Notes under the pieces: generated by a model
Database searches by the model: none
Told to the model about the DNA's origin: nothing
Seen by the model: only the letters and a program-made list of their open reading frames with translations
NCBI GenBank assembly: GCA_964019335.1
Contig: OZ025653.1
Location: 186,001-250,000 of the forward strand
Reading direction: 5' to 3'
Source: Diplonema japonicum
Lineage: Eukaryota > Protista > Euglenozoa: Diplonemea
DNA: 64,000 bases
Made by a program: the position numbers and the translations under genes
Shown: positions 9,804 to 23,100 of the stretch, one piece after another
Layout: each line of letters starts with the position of its first letter
How positions within the stretch are numbered: position 1 is the stretch's first letter

Positions 9804-11027
9804 TTAAGACAACTTCGCTAAGGTTTCCGCCCCCAGCTTCGGGTAGTACTTCTCGATGCTCGACTCGATGTACTTATGCTCAGTCGACCACGAGTCCTTG
9901 TCCATGCTGCACGTGGGGTTCAGGTGCAGGAGCCTCGCCGCACGCCAGATGTAAAGAGGGTTCCTCGAGATCCAGTACTCTTCCTCCATTCCTGCCTCAG
10001 GGTGAATGTGAAGTGCCGCGTGAGAGAGGAACTCTTCACATGTAGGAAGATTATCGCTTATAATCTCCGAAGAAGGCTCGCTCTTCAGGAAGGCATCCAG
10101 CGTGACTGTCGTTTTCAAGCTGTGCCTCGGTGCCTTGGGGAGGGTCAATGTGTTGCTGCGTGTGCTGCTGGAGGCCATGTCGAACGGCTTGTGCCCGTTG
10201 TTCTTCCGCGCCTTCCAGACGTACTCCCGCATCCCTTCGCAAACAACGTGCTCAGCACCATTGGCTCCAAGGCTCTTCGTGACACCTGCTACTGCTGCCT
10301 TCAGTAGAGACTCCGCGTTCTGCATGGTTTTGTTCTGCATGACCTGTGCCTGCTCCTTGGTGTCAAGCATGTGCCCCACTATAGACTGTCCCACAACCAT
10401 CGCCTTGAGCAGTGCCTCCGATGACTTCCTAGCATTCCACAGCATCCCCGAAGATTCTGTTTCCTGCGAAACTGAGAAGCCTTCGGATGTACTGGGGCTC
10501 TGTTGCGAATCATGCACTTTAGAGAGCGCAGCAGTAAAGTGGGGGTAGTTTGACAGCCCCTGTGCAGAGGAAGCGATGTTCCTGACTGTTCCAGTATAGT
10601 AGGGGAGGTCTTCGATGATGGCCTCCGAAGGGGGGGCACACCCAGGAGAGCATGTTGCTGCGAGGCCCACCGACGCCGGGAGCCTCAGCAGCATGCATGA
10701 TATCCGCCCCTGAGTGAGGGGGTCCACGGTCCTGCTCTTCAACGTGTTGATGGCCTCCGCCAACCACAGTGCAGCACTGTCGTCGTGCTTGTCCAGCATC
10801 TCGTTCAAGCGCTCTATGAAGCGCGGGATGTGCTCCTGTCCTACGACCTTCGCGAATTCGTACATCATCCTCATCTCCATCTCCCCCTCTTGCGCCTTGC
10901 AAAAAACAATGCCCTCCCCGTACCCCTTCACAAGTGCCTCAGCCAAGCCTCTCTTCAGCTTCTTAGCATTGATCCGCATCGCCCGTTCCTTCGAGTCGTC
11001 TGCCGCACATCTTTTGAGCCCGCCCAT
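9804..11027 (-). CDS. THOC1: Divergent THO complex subunit 1 (THOC1/Hpr1)
   Basis: LPTCEEFL...HPEAGMEEEY....NPLYIWRAARLL matches the THOC1 motif PTLEEFF...DPE.....EY...N..Y.WRALRLL. REYVWKARKNNGHKPF matches E..W..WK.EGC..F, and QGRISCML matches GRIQLFL. Confidence 0.7.
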   Translation of the reverse strand: MGGLKRCAADDSKERAMRINAKKLKRGLAEALVKGYGEGIVFCKAQEGEMEMRMMYEFAKVVGQEHIPRFIERLNEMLDKHDDSAALWLAEAINTLKSRTVDPLTQGRISCMLLRLPASVGLAATCSPGCAPPSEAIIEDLPYYTGTVRNIASSAQGLSNYPHFTAALSKVHDSQQSPSTSEGFSVSQETESSGMLWNARKSSEALLKAMVVGQSIVGHMLDTKEQAQVMQNKTMQNAESLLKAAVAGVTKSLGANGAEHVVCEGMREYVWKARKNNGHKPFDMASSSTRSNTLTLPKAPRHSLKTTVTLDAFLKSEPSSEIISDNLPTCEEFLSHAALHIHPEAGMEEEYWISRNPLYIWRAARLLHLNPTCSMDKDSWSTEHKYIESSIEKYYPKLGAETLAKLS

Positions 11028-11147
11028 ATCCTGTATTGGCTGGGGAGCAAGAAGCAGTTGCAATCTGACACATAACTGAGTAGGAACAGAAAAAAAGGAA
11101 AGAAACCAAAGCGGAAGCTTTGTGTAAACTCATGGACGAAACGGACA

Positions 11148-14100
11148 CTAAGTGTTTAAAACAAACCTTCGTATTGACTCGTTGACGTGGGTGAGGTGAT
11201 ATTGGGCATCGAAAACAACGGAGCGGCAGCCGCGCGCACGCCAAGCGGAACAGTACTCAGCCAGATGGGGTTGGTGTGGGTGCAACGCACTACAGTGAAT
11301 ATACTGTGAGCATAACGGGCCGGTGTGGTCAAAGGTGCATTTCTCGCAATCTGTCCCTTCAGCATAAGGGCTGCATGAACAAGTAGCTGTGTGCGGGACA
11401 CACTGTCCCCGTAGTCCACAAGCCGTATTAGAGAATTGATTCAAATGAGTCAATGTCTGCACGTTCCCAGACCCATGGCCAGGGATGATGCTATGCACCT
11501 CTAACCCACTGACATCTGTCCCGTTTAATGTGTACATGTAAGCTGCCGTTTGCAAGTACACAGAGCTGCCCACTGCTGTCACCATTCGGTGCTTGCCGAC
11601 TGTCACCCCTCTTCCCACATCTATCGTCCAGCTCCCGTCAACGGTAGTCCATTTCACCCACACGTACCTGAACTGCCTGCTGCTCGATATAGATGTGTAC
11701 GTAGCAGTGGCAAGGGTATTCTCGCTGCTGCCAGATAGCTGCAGGACCTTCACAGTGGACAGTCCCACCTGCACCCTCAGCGCACCGTTGCATCCATTCC
11801 AACCAAAGCGGTTATTTGAAGAGGGAACCGCTGTGTCACTGCACATACTGTTCGCGAGCCCGATGGAGAACGTCGAGAAGGTGGGTAGACCCATCATACC
11901 CGCCACAAGACTCCCCGCAAAACCGGTCGCGTCCCCTAAGCCGTGGTCACAGCCAAAGACGCCTTGCGTTGAATTTGTGAACATGCATTTCTTCTCTTTC
12001 ATTATTCCACCAATGTGATATAGCTTCCCGCTGTGCACGGTGGCCATCCCACCCATCACCGAATAACGCAGGTTAGGCAGCTTGGTGGCATCACCAGCAG
12101 TTTTTCCTGTCGCAGAGTTGTATGTCATAACCTGCAGCACACTGCTCGAGATAACATTCTTGTACCCCTCGAGCCCGCCTAGGAGCACCAGCGACCCACA
12201 AAGGTTCATAGTGTACGCACCCATCACACGCTGCCCCCACCATAGATCTTGTGATGTTGCATACAGGTCACTGTTGTCAGACCAAGATGACTTGTTGGGC
12301 TTGGAAGCCTGCGCTGTGTCTGACAACACATACAAGACATCCCCTAGCACACCTAGCAATGGAGTGCCAGTCAAAGGCTCCATCATGTTGGAAGGCTGTC
12401 GCAGACGCTGTTTTGTTCGGGTGTCAAAGCGGAGCGACACGAATTCCCCACGCCATTCTGGCACCCATGTCTTCAGCGTCGTGTCGAAAACAACTGCGCC
12501 CTGTCCCCTCAGCACTGGGGTGCCCTCCTGGAAGCCTTCGAATGCAGGAAAGCCGAGTTTTTGTGTCCACGTTGCGGTTGTAGTGTCGAATGACAGCACA
12601 ATGCCGTGAAGACAGCCGTACACAAGAACACTAGTATCTCGTGGAATACACGAGCACCCGTCAAACTGCAACCCACTGCCAGCTATACCCACCCACTTAT
12701 TGTCCTTGTACGCCATGATAGTGTTTCCTGCAAAGACGTACAGCATGTTATCAACAACGACACTGCAGCCGTAAGGCGCGCCCACTGGCAGGTCAGGTAA
12801 GTGCGTCCACCCTGGGGTGGCTGAAGACACTACTGTAAGCTCTGCACGCTGCGGGTCTGTGACTACGATTCCGGTCATGTTGAGCCGGAGGCTATCTACA
12901 ATGCACCTGACACGTGCTCTCCCAGGTCCTTCGTACTCCAATGGGATTGCTACTGCTTCACCGTACGCTCCGTGTGGTATTTCGAAAACCTGGAAACCTG
13001 TCGCTAGCCTCACAACATCTGTGTTCATAGATGTGCACTTCACGGTGATAACATCATCAGGCTCATAGTCAGGTACCGCGCCCTCCAAGCGCTCATGGTC
13101 ACCTACCAATTGCTTGCACGCCGAAGTGAAATCAGCAGTGCTACTCGTTCCTGTGCTAGTCTCTAGAGGTAAACTCTGAACTGGGAATGCTTCGCCGTAC
13201 CCTGTTGGCCGCCCCCATACACGCACCCGTCTGATGTAGCCTGTGAAGGTTCCCAGCGAGCAAGATGCCAGCTGAGCAGTTGTGTTTCCGGGTGCGTACT
13301 GGAACTGCGGGAAGACCTTGCGTTGCAGAGTGGTGCAGTTCTGGACCACGCAGTTCACGGACCCGTCATAGACCTCCGAGTAAGACGTGGTATCCCCCCC
13401 AAAGGCAGCAGCAATGTCGACACAGTTTTGTAGGCTTGTTGCGTTCGTGTTGAGTATTGTGTCGCAAGCACCAAATACCCCTTTGTATAGCTTCCAAAAG
13501 CAACCCCCTCCGACGATGAGGCCACCAGCCACGCCGTCGTCAGCGATGTGAGGTCTTACTGTGATGTTCCCGCCGCTGCTGGAGACAGCAACAAGTCTTC
13601 TGTTCACGTACAACGAAAGTGTCGCAGTGACGCTATCTTTTACAGCCAAGATATCTGTCCATTGCGTGGAATTCACTGTGGTTGCTGCTTCGACGTAGCC
13701 AGCAGGGGTCAGTACCCCAAATCTTAGCGTGGAGTCCCCACACATTGCTAACGTGACAGCTATCGCTGTCTTTGGTGTCTGCGTCCACGGTGTAGCTACG
13801 ATGGGGCAGCACTCATGTGCATACGAGGATGTCACGTCACACGCTGTTGGCAGAAACGTCACCGCAAACGTGAGGTCATTCATGCTGCTAGGAGCCTTGA
13901 CCGCAAACCCCTGGTGGACATCGAACAACATGGAGCAGCGTTCTTCAGACCACGTCGGGAGCGAGCCATTTGGCGCCAAAGTGGTGTTTGCGACAACCCA
14001 TTCTGAGATGAGGTCGGGTATCACAGTTGGCTTTGCCACATGAAGCAACGTGCCATAGAACATCGGGGTCTTGAGAGAGCCCAGGTGCAGGTGCGCATAT

Positions 14101-17100
14101 GCAGTGGTCCACTTCTGAAGCGAAATTAAATCTTCCGCAAAGCCCAACCCAGGTGTGCGTTCCACAAGGGCAGTGACTATCACTGTAAGGTTTGAGGTGG
14201 CCACGTAGTAAGGTGGGACGTCTTCGGCAACCCAGCAAGACACAGACGCTTCGCCTGGCGACTTGTATGTTACCTGAACGTAATGTGCGTGTTTCTGCCC
14301 CCTTTCATCACCCGCTGTGAAGGGTAGCAGGTGCGACGTGTCCAGCTCCACTACGCCTGCGGGGCTCACCTGGCATGCCACAGGCACCTCCACATCACCT
14401 GTGGTGTTCCACAGATCGTATTCCAAATAGAATTCAATGGCAACCCTCTCGTGCTTGCGGACTGTGACCGACTCTGTCGTCGCCTTGAGGTGTGCATCGA
14501 AGTACACCGCTGCGTCCACAACCCCACCACCCCATGTCCCAAGGTGAATGTACTGAACATGTGGCTTTGACGTGACAGGATACTGCAAAACTATATTCTC
14601 ACCATACACCTGCCCAGACCCCAGCTTCAAAGTCCTATCTGAGAACATCACCCATAGCCAAGCAGGTGATGCTGCTGCGATGAGATCCGTTTCGTGCGCC
14701 GCAATAACTGCACCGCACATCCCACGCGTCAGCTGTGTTTGCTGGATGCCCCTTACCCGCCTGTCAATGGTGAATGTGTAGGCCTCTCCATCTGAGCACT
14801 TTGACACTGACGGCTGCGCGGACAGCACGACGTGTACGTCAGCATCGCCCCTCACGAGCAGCATGAATCCGTTGGCGTCTCGCCCGATTGACTTTGTACA
14901 CGTGTACAAAGGCTGGGTAGTGGGGTTGTGCATTCCTTTGCAGTTTCCTGGTCTGAACACTGGGATTAAGGCAGTCTGCGTCAATCCAACGAGTTCGGGA
15001 ACGGGGTCAGCTTTACATGTAACTTCAACAGTCGTCCCTACATCTTTGGAAGGTGTCACGGTTACCTCTTTTGTTCCAAATGGAGCAGTTTCCCCAAAAA
15101 TCCATCCATATCCCTGGCGGCTGGAGGCATCGTGTACCAAGGTTACATATCTGCTCCCTTTTGAATCTCGAAACACTTCATTGTCAGCTTGGAAAAGCAC
15201 ACCGCCACCCATGCCCCTGCCGATCTGTAGAGTCTCAGCAGTCCACTGAACCCAAACCGAACGGATTATGCTCTTGCTGGCTTCAGGCTGGTCGATCCAA
15301 GGTTGCTCCCATCCGCCAGGAGTCGCACCTGTGGTGACCACAACACTGTATAATGTGCCTTGGCCCGGTGCTGGGCTGCACCCCGTACCGACTCCGGTAT
15401 GCAGTCTGCAAGTCCGCGAGACTGTGTCAACTGAGAACATGCTGCAGCTCTTGAGCTCGTAGCACAGCTTCTTGCAGCGTGCAACGCTGGAAAGCAACCG
15501 TGTTACGTAGCTTCTAGTGCAGGCAGTGTTTGGCTTGACACTGTAATCGACCCCATCCTGCGCAAAGCCCAAAACAGCGCCGTGATGCAGTTCAAAAAGC
15601 ACCCCAGGAGAGAGGTCTGTCAGATCTGTACCCTGCAGAGCTGTGCTGTATACACGCAAGTCGTAGTAGTACCCTACGTCAAGTGCATCGTTACTCGAGT
15701 CATGTGCATTGGCACCCAACCTGAGGGGGGAAGGGTCGAACAAGGTAGGAGGGTCCTGAGGGGTGAAGTCGATGAGGAGCACTGCGTCAACGTATAAGTG
15801 GAGCCCACCATCCCTGCGCACCAAGACGTAGTGGTGCCAGTACGAGAAGAAGTTGTACTCGACAGCCACTGTACGGTAACTACTGGGTGACGTCCACAGC
15901 TCCAGGGACGTCCCGTCTGAACCTATCCTCACCCCAACCCCTGTTTCGCTCGACCCTTTTAGCACTTTGTGCATTATGAACCCAGTTGTACGATTGCCTT
16001 TCTCAAACGTGGAAAAGTAAAACCCCACAGTAAAATCCTCGTACAGCCCAGGGTGGAAGGAGCGGTGAATATCAATCACCCTGCCAGTGCCCACCTGGAA
16101 TGCCACTAGATTCTGTTCCGGCAATAATCTACACGTACCAGTTCCTCCAAGCTTAACATCGAAACCATTCGCCCAGCTGTGCACGGTAGAGTACCCGCAG
16201 TCAGCTTTTGCAATAGGAACCCGCGGAGCTGCAATCTTGAAGAGCAGTCGTTGCAAGGTGATGTTGAAGCTATGGTGGTAACCGTCGCAGTCCGTGTTCT
16301 CGAGAGACATCTGAAAGCGTAGAGAGCTTGATGTTAGTCTCTTCAAATCAAGCGCAAAAATTGTATCAGCCTGCACTGACAAAGGCAGCTTCCTGTACCC
16401 ATCAGGGCCTCCTGTTACAGTTATCGTGGAACAGTCCAAAATCTGCCTCGACGCCTGTGTTACGTAAGAGAGAAAGAGTGTGCCGTATGATGAGGCAACA
16501 TCTGGGCAGTAGAATCCAAGCCCAGTGTCGTGGTCGTGAAGCGAGTAGCTTTGGCTGCCACCGGATGGTTCTGCCTGACGCAGCAGCATGTCGTACGCAA
16601 TATGTAAGCGTATTGAATGCACCTCACTTGTAGGCACATATTCTGAACACGTTGCTAAGATACCCAACACCATCATGTCCATCGATGCAACTACTTCACG
16701 AAGCATGCCACTGATATCCACAACCTCTTCGGTTACTGTGAGTCGTGTAACTATCTTGTCTTCCAGATCCAGTAGATACACTTCGACGTCACCGCAGCCC
16801 CACAACCTCAGCTCTTTTGGTACCTGAAGCCACGCCAAACCTGCATCCTGATGCACCCTGTCGCCAACACCAAATGTGCTCTTCAAGCTCACCTGCGCAG
16901 ACAATGATGGCCAGTCGGACACCTCAGCCACAGCAAAGCGTGAGAATTGCTGAATACCCACTACAGTGATATTCCCACGTGGGCTCATGACTAAAGAAGG
17001 CTGCGGCCACCGTGTCGAGTTCCCAGATGCTATTCTCAAGGTGCTGTTAGACACATCACAATCGGTGGTTAGGCTAATATTCAGGATCGGGCCTTTCACC

Positions 17101-20100
17101 CACAAGATAGAGCTGACATCTGCAACGATTACATCCCCTGTGGCTATCTTGCCAGGGCTGATGGTCAAGGCTGAGTTTGGTCCGGTGATGACGAGGTTGC
17201 AGGCACCCGTACGGAATAAGAACGGTGAGGAGACAATTGTGAATCGAAGCAATGCATCACCGAGTTCGGCTGCTGAAGGCAAAAACACGTCACGGGTGTC
17301 GAACGTCAGCTTTGCAGGCAGGCCTATGGTTTCGCCACCGTAGTTCCTGTTCATCGTCACAGTGCGAATGTCCTGCGTGGCGTTGGAAGTTGTGTTGTGG
17401 TACATGCAGTGCGTGGAGTACAGCGTGCAGTTTCCTGTGCTCACATCCCACTCCACACTTTTGCACCACTTGTAACTCTCGCAAGATGCCTGACAGGAAG
17501 CATAGTCCGACGCGGCACTGGAGCGCTCAGGTGTTCTAGATGTGCTGCATGGAGACGACAGGGCCTGCTGCCAGCATGTGTCACACGACGCCATGCTGAT
17601 GCCAAGCAAACTTTCACACTTCGTGATAATTGACAACTTAGGGTTTGACACTGATGTGGCTTCCCTGGAACCAAAGAGTAGCAAGGGTGCTGTGCAGTTG
17701 CGATTCGCATTTGACTCGTATTTCAGAAGCAAGTTGGGGCTGGCTTTCAGAACAGATGTGACATCAATTGTCAGAGCATTATCACTTGCGAGAACAGACG
17801 CATAGATCTTTCGCTGCACAGTGTACAACACCGAGGTCCGGTTGGCATACACTATGTCTTCATCAAAGTCGCTCACGGCGCTCACCTCCCACATGAGCTG
17901 GTCAGTGCCGCAGCCTCTGTCTGCCATCACTATTAACTCATAGTCGCTAATATCTCTTGTGAAGACCTTCACATCGTCGATAGAACCCGCAAACACCAGA
18001 GCAGTGCTGTTAACACAACCCACTCTGAGCACGGCTGTATCATCCAGTCTGAACGAGCTGATGGCAAGGCTCTTGGATGCCATCTTTGCACCGTTGTGGT
18101 AGAGAGACAGATCGGTGTACAGCGTATGTTTGCATGCCACATGTTGCCAGAGGTTGTTTGCGATTGTGTATGTACCGTTCCCCGCGGCAGTCTTCACAGT
18201 GTACGTGGCTGTGGGCGATTGCAACTCACACACCAACTCTCCGTCCTGTAAATATAACGAAATGGTCCCAGAAATAGTCACAATATGGCCTTCCCCTGCT
18301 GTTGGGTTGATCCACGCTGCAACGGCGAGTGACGTATCAGACGTACTGAGGAACGTGTTGGCCAGCGGCCCACGAAAACCAGAGCACTGGTCGTCTGCTA
18401 GTAACAGAGCACCTTGGCCAACTGCGCCAGGTGAGTTGAACCAAGAACCTATCTCAAGGGAACCATCACCGGTATTGCCTGTAGCGTCTTCTGGAGAGAA
18501 ATCAAAAGTGTACCAGAGCGCCAGGCCTGTAGATGCTCGGTACAAGGTTAGATATGCGCTGCTGATGTCGTCAGCACCCACACCTTGGGCTTCTAGATCG
18601 AACCCAACATACATAGCACCTTTACCTGCATGTAGCTCTAGGGTTGTATTTGTGCCATGACCAACATCGGGTTCGTATTCAGTAACGAAACTGTCCTTTG
18701 CAGCTGACAGCTCTATACTACCACACGTCCCTTTGATGTTCGCTGCCCCCTTGACGTAGGTATCAATGTGTTGCGAGGCAGGATCCCCGCCAGTTGGGGA
18801 TCTCGGCGTGCCATCGGAAAACAACCTGCACGTGTACGGAGTTGTTGTCGGGTTGGCCGACCTGCTCGTGGCATATTCTATGGCATTGCACCCAGAAAGG
18901 GCAGTGCAATACTCCTTACAAGTCTCGACACTCAAACCGGAGTACTCCCCGATCGAGCTCTGCCCAGCACCAGACAATGTAGATGCCTGGAACCTGTAGT
19001 ACGAAGACACAAGACCACCAGGTGCCACTGTCTCAGTCACCTCAAGGCCTTCTCGGTAGACACCGTGGACGCCCCCGTGTGGCAGGTCAGCTGCAATCAC
19101 TCGCAAGTCCTTGATGCTGCCATCTATGGTGTGCGATACTTCGTTCCCTTGGACACGGGCTCCAAGTACAAAGCGGGATGCCAGCCCAGCAGGTGCAGCA
19201 CAGCACCCATACCCACTGCGAGTGCCATCGACGTAGAAAACTACAGCACCGTCTTCATCCACTGTAGCAGCAACATGGTGCCATCCTCCCTCGCATGCCA
19301 GGGACTCGTTTCCATCGATTGTTGTTGAAGCCGACCCGTTCACCACCTCCCAACGTGGCTTCCCGTCGCTGGTGAGGGACAGCCCACTGCTGTACGTTTC
19401 TGATGTGTTGCCGAAGACTACGACTGAACTCCACATCGCCAGCGGCGCACCGTTGGTCGTCTTGTTACATGCATCCCCATTAAGGTTCACCCATGCAGTG
19501 ATAGTGAGGGGCAGGGGGGTTTCAAAAGGCCCTGTAGCCAGCGAACCGCCGTCAAATGTGCACCCAGTGCTGTTCGAGACGGCGACAGTTCCGTTACCGG
19601 GAGTGAAGTCTACATCTGCTACAAGGCAGTCAACTGCGTATGAAGAACCGTTTTGGCCAGCATCGGGGGACACCTGCCATTCGCACCTCGAACTCTCTGG
19701 CAAATATTGTACTGCATGACAGGCTGAAGGCCACGTGTCACACAACTCCATGCATTCCCTACGTGTCAGGTCCGTCCTGCCATACCCCGAGCCGCTGCTG
19801 TCCGGCCATGTGTAAACACCACTTCCCGTGCAGTATTGCATACTCAATACCTCCCATGGCCTTCCTGGAAAGGCATTAAAAGCACCCCCTAGTAGCCCGT
19901 AGTTGTCGGTGGCTGTAGTGTGGAACGTATCAGCAACGCACCACTTTCCCATCACCCCAGAACCTGCAGTCTCGGTTAGTGTTGCAGACTGGCCGTAAAC
20001 CTCGAATTCCTGCAACCCAATACCTGCCTGAGCGCAGCAGATATTCGTCGTGCATGGCCCGCCACAGTCCTCAATGGGAGTCTCTTTTTTGTTAAATCCA

Positions 20101-23100
20101 TCGTGGCAGATATAGGTGCTGCAGTTCGAGGTATAAATAGTAGGTGGCACGCTGTGAGTGGTGAGAACGCGATAGGTCAGAGTTGATGTCTGTCGGGGTG
20201 TAAAACTAAGCTGTTCCCAGTCAGCGCGGTATGGTGCCGGTGTGTAGGGGGATGCAGGCGAGAGTGTACTTTGTTCGCAACTTAGGTCATCGAAACAAAT
20301 CCTAATCTCTCGTGCGCTAGCGGCACCATATCTTCGCTGCGCAAACCTCACCCTACTCAGCAAGTAGACATTTGGGAACGTTATCGTAATCCAAGCACCC
20401 GCCTCCTCAGAATCTGTAACCCACTCTCCCATGCCAGATGCAACACGGACCCCATCGAAGGCACCGTAGCAGGTGCTGTTCCCCACAGAAGATGACGCTG
20501 CGCAGGACGTGACTGATGGCACGGGAAGCCGCTTCTGGATGGGCTGGTTTAGCTTTGCGAGTGGTCGTAGATAGCACTGCTTGCCATGTGTCGAGCGGCC
20601 TGTAGTGCCCAGGGCCTCAAGTAGTCTACACCCACTTTGTGAGTATTCAAATCCGAGACATTCTGAAATCTCATTGCACGCGACTGTGCAAGAGGCAACA
20701 GTCACGCTGGTAGACACAACACTACCAGGGCCGTCACACCCCCACTCAGCAATGTGCATGTATTCCGTACATGATACACCTGTAAGCGAAGGTGCCGTAG
20801 AGGCACCATAAGCCTGCATTTGATAAATGCCTTGCGTGTCAGACAGCGCACCATTACTGAAGGCGAATATCGCTTCTGGGACATAAGGCGGTCGTATGAA
20901 AGCACACCGCATACGGTTTATAAGCACATCGGGAGGCAGTGCTGCGTACCATGCTGCGATATTGTCAACTACCGCGGTGTGTACAGATGAACCATCGCCG
21001 ATATATAAAGTGCTGCCACTAAGTGCGCCTGTGATGTGCTCTGTGTTGGCAGATGCAGCTCTCTCACCATTCGTATACAAAAACAATTTCTTTTGATCAG
21101 CATCGAGCACGCACGCAACATGGTACCACATCCCAGGGTCGATCTGCTCACGTCCAGAGGCCATCACGGTCCACCCTGCGGAATCTGTGATGTTCGTGTA
21201 CAGGGTTCTATTTGTCCTGAGGTACAGCCCAAGACCCAGCCCAGACTCTTTGTTCGTTGACACTAGAGCCAGGCTGTTCTCTGGTGTTGTAACGCTACGT
21301 GCAAACTGACCACAATTCGTGTAGTCGTATTCATGCGGCACCACTGACCCGTTCCCCGTCACGCACTGCATCGAGTCTGCCAGAAGCAGCCACCCGAAGC
21401 CATCCCCAGCAACCCATTCCAGCACAGCACAAGATCCAGGCAAACAAAGTCCATCAAGTTCCAGTGTGAACTTGCCCTCAGATAACACTATGTGCGACCA
21501 TGTCTGGTTGCACGCACCAGGGCCGGGCTGTAAGCACTCCCCAGTTGTGATGTCTTGCAAAGTCCACTTGTTGGGATACGGCAACGGCAGCACCCAGACG
21601 TCTATTGTAAAACCTTTCAACAAGTCTGGGGCAGTTCCAGAGCGTGAGGCCGCCGCATACGCACCCCCACCTATTCGAAGAGCGCCGTTCCACGTATTAG
21701 GTGCCTCTGGAAGGTGATAGCCAGAGACAGCAGGAGAGGAGTCAGGCTCTAGCGTCGCTGTGGCGGTGGGGGAAGTTGCGTTGCTGCTGTAATCGCCAGT
21801 GGTGCATTCCCGCAACACACCTTTATGCACTCTGCACCCATCCCAGTGCGGGTACGACACGAAGCCACAACCAGTGGTGTTGAGGCATAGGTCCATGCAT
21901 TCCTCTATCCTTCCCATTACTGTTATGTAGTCATCAGAGCACTTCGCTCCTGTCCTCTTCTCCCATTTGACACCCGTGGTGCTCAGCTCGTAAGTGCCAT
22001 TCGTTCCTATCGACAGCCTCATAAACCTCTTGTCCTTGCCTTTGTAGATATCAGGTTCACTAGTGAACTCTTCGGAACTAAACAGAAGAGATGCCTGTGA
22101 TCCGGATACTGCTGCAGTAAAGTAAGAAGACTGAATAGGGAGCCAGGTCATTTCCTCGTAAGCAGAGGGGCGCGGCAGGAGGTTTCCAGCTGCAAAAGCA
22201 AACAGATCCGAAGGAGTCTCTGGAGTTTTCACAGTGATCTTCCACAGGTAGGTTTCGCAGTCTTGTGGCATAAATTCATCAGCTGAGGGAAACCCCAAGC
22301 ACGTGTCCATCCATGTTGATGCCGTGCAAACAGAGCTGCTGACATCATCGGCGATGCCCTGTACCTCTCCATCATAGCATCCCAGCCACGTGTTGGTGTT
22401 GGTATCGGACGGAGCGTACTGCACAGCTACAGAGTCGCTCAGTTCGATGGGTTGCCCTCTTGCCTTGCCTTCTGCCCATATGCGCAATACTGTGGCATTC
22501 AAGCACCCATCCGCCTCCGACGAAGTGCACGCGAAGCCACCCGTGCACCGTTCTGTTGGCGTATCACATGACACAGTAGTGTTGCTTCCCATCTCCTTTA
22601 GCACTATGCCGTCTCCAGATCGGAGATAATCCTTGCGAAGAGAATAGGGCAGTGGGTCGTCGGGCGGGCTGAACCCGTACAACACGAATGTGGATGTACG
22701 GCAGGCGTCCCATTCCCCTGGTTCGAAGGACTCTCCAGCACAGCCTGCCATCGTGCAGCCCTTACGACCTTCACAGGTAAACCACCTGCTTCCTTTGTAG
22801 ATCTTCTGCTCGCCCGTGTAGCGCAGGGACACTGTGTTGCCTGACGTTAGAAGAGCGATCGCTGGCTGTTCATCAAGAACACCGGCATAGTGCAAAATAT
22901 TTGGTTCAAGCACCGCATCTGGGCTGCTGCACACAATCCTTGTGTCGTGCATGGAGCGTCCTTTGAGACCAACGGTGATTGTTGAGGTGGACGTAAGGCT
23001 CACAGGTTGGGAAGTGATAGTCAGTTGAGAGAGATGCGCGTGCACTTCCGTAGGTACCTCCACAGTCAAAGGGAACCTGATTGCAAAAGCATCAGGGTGT

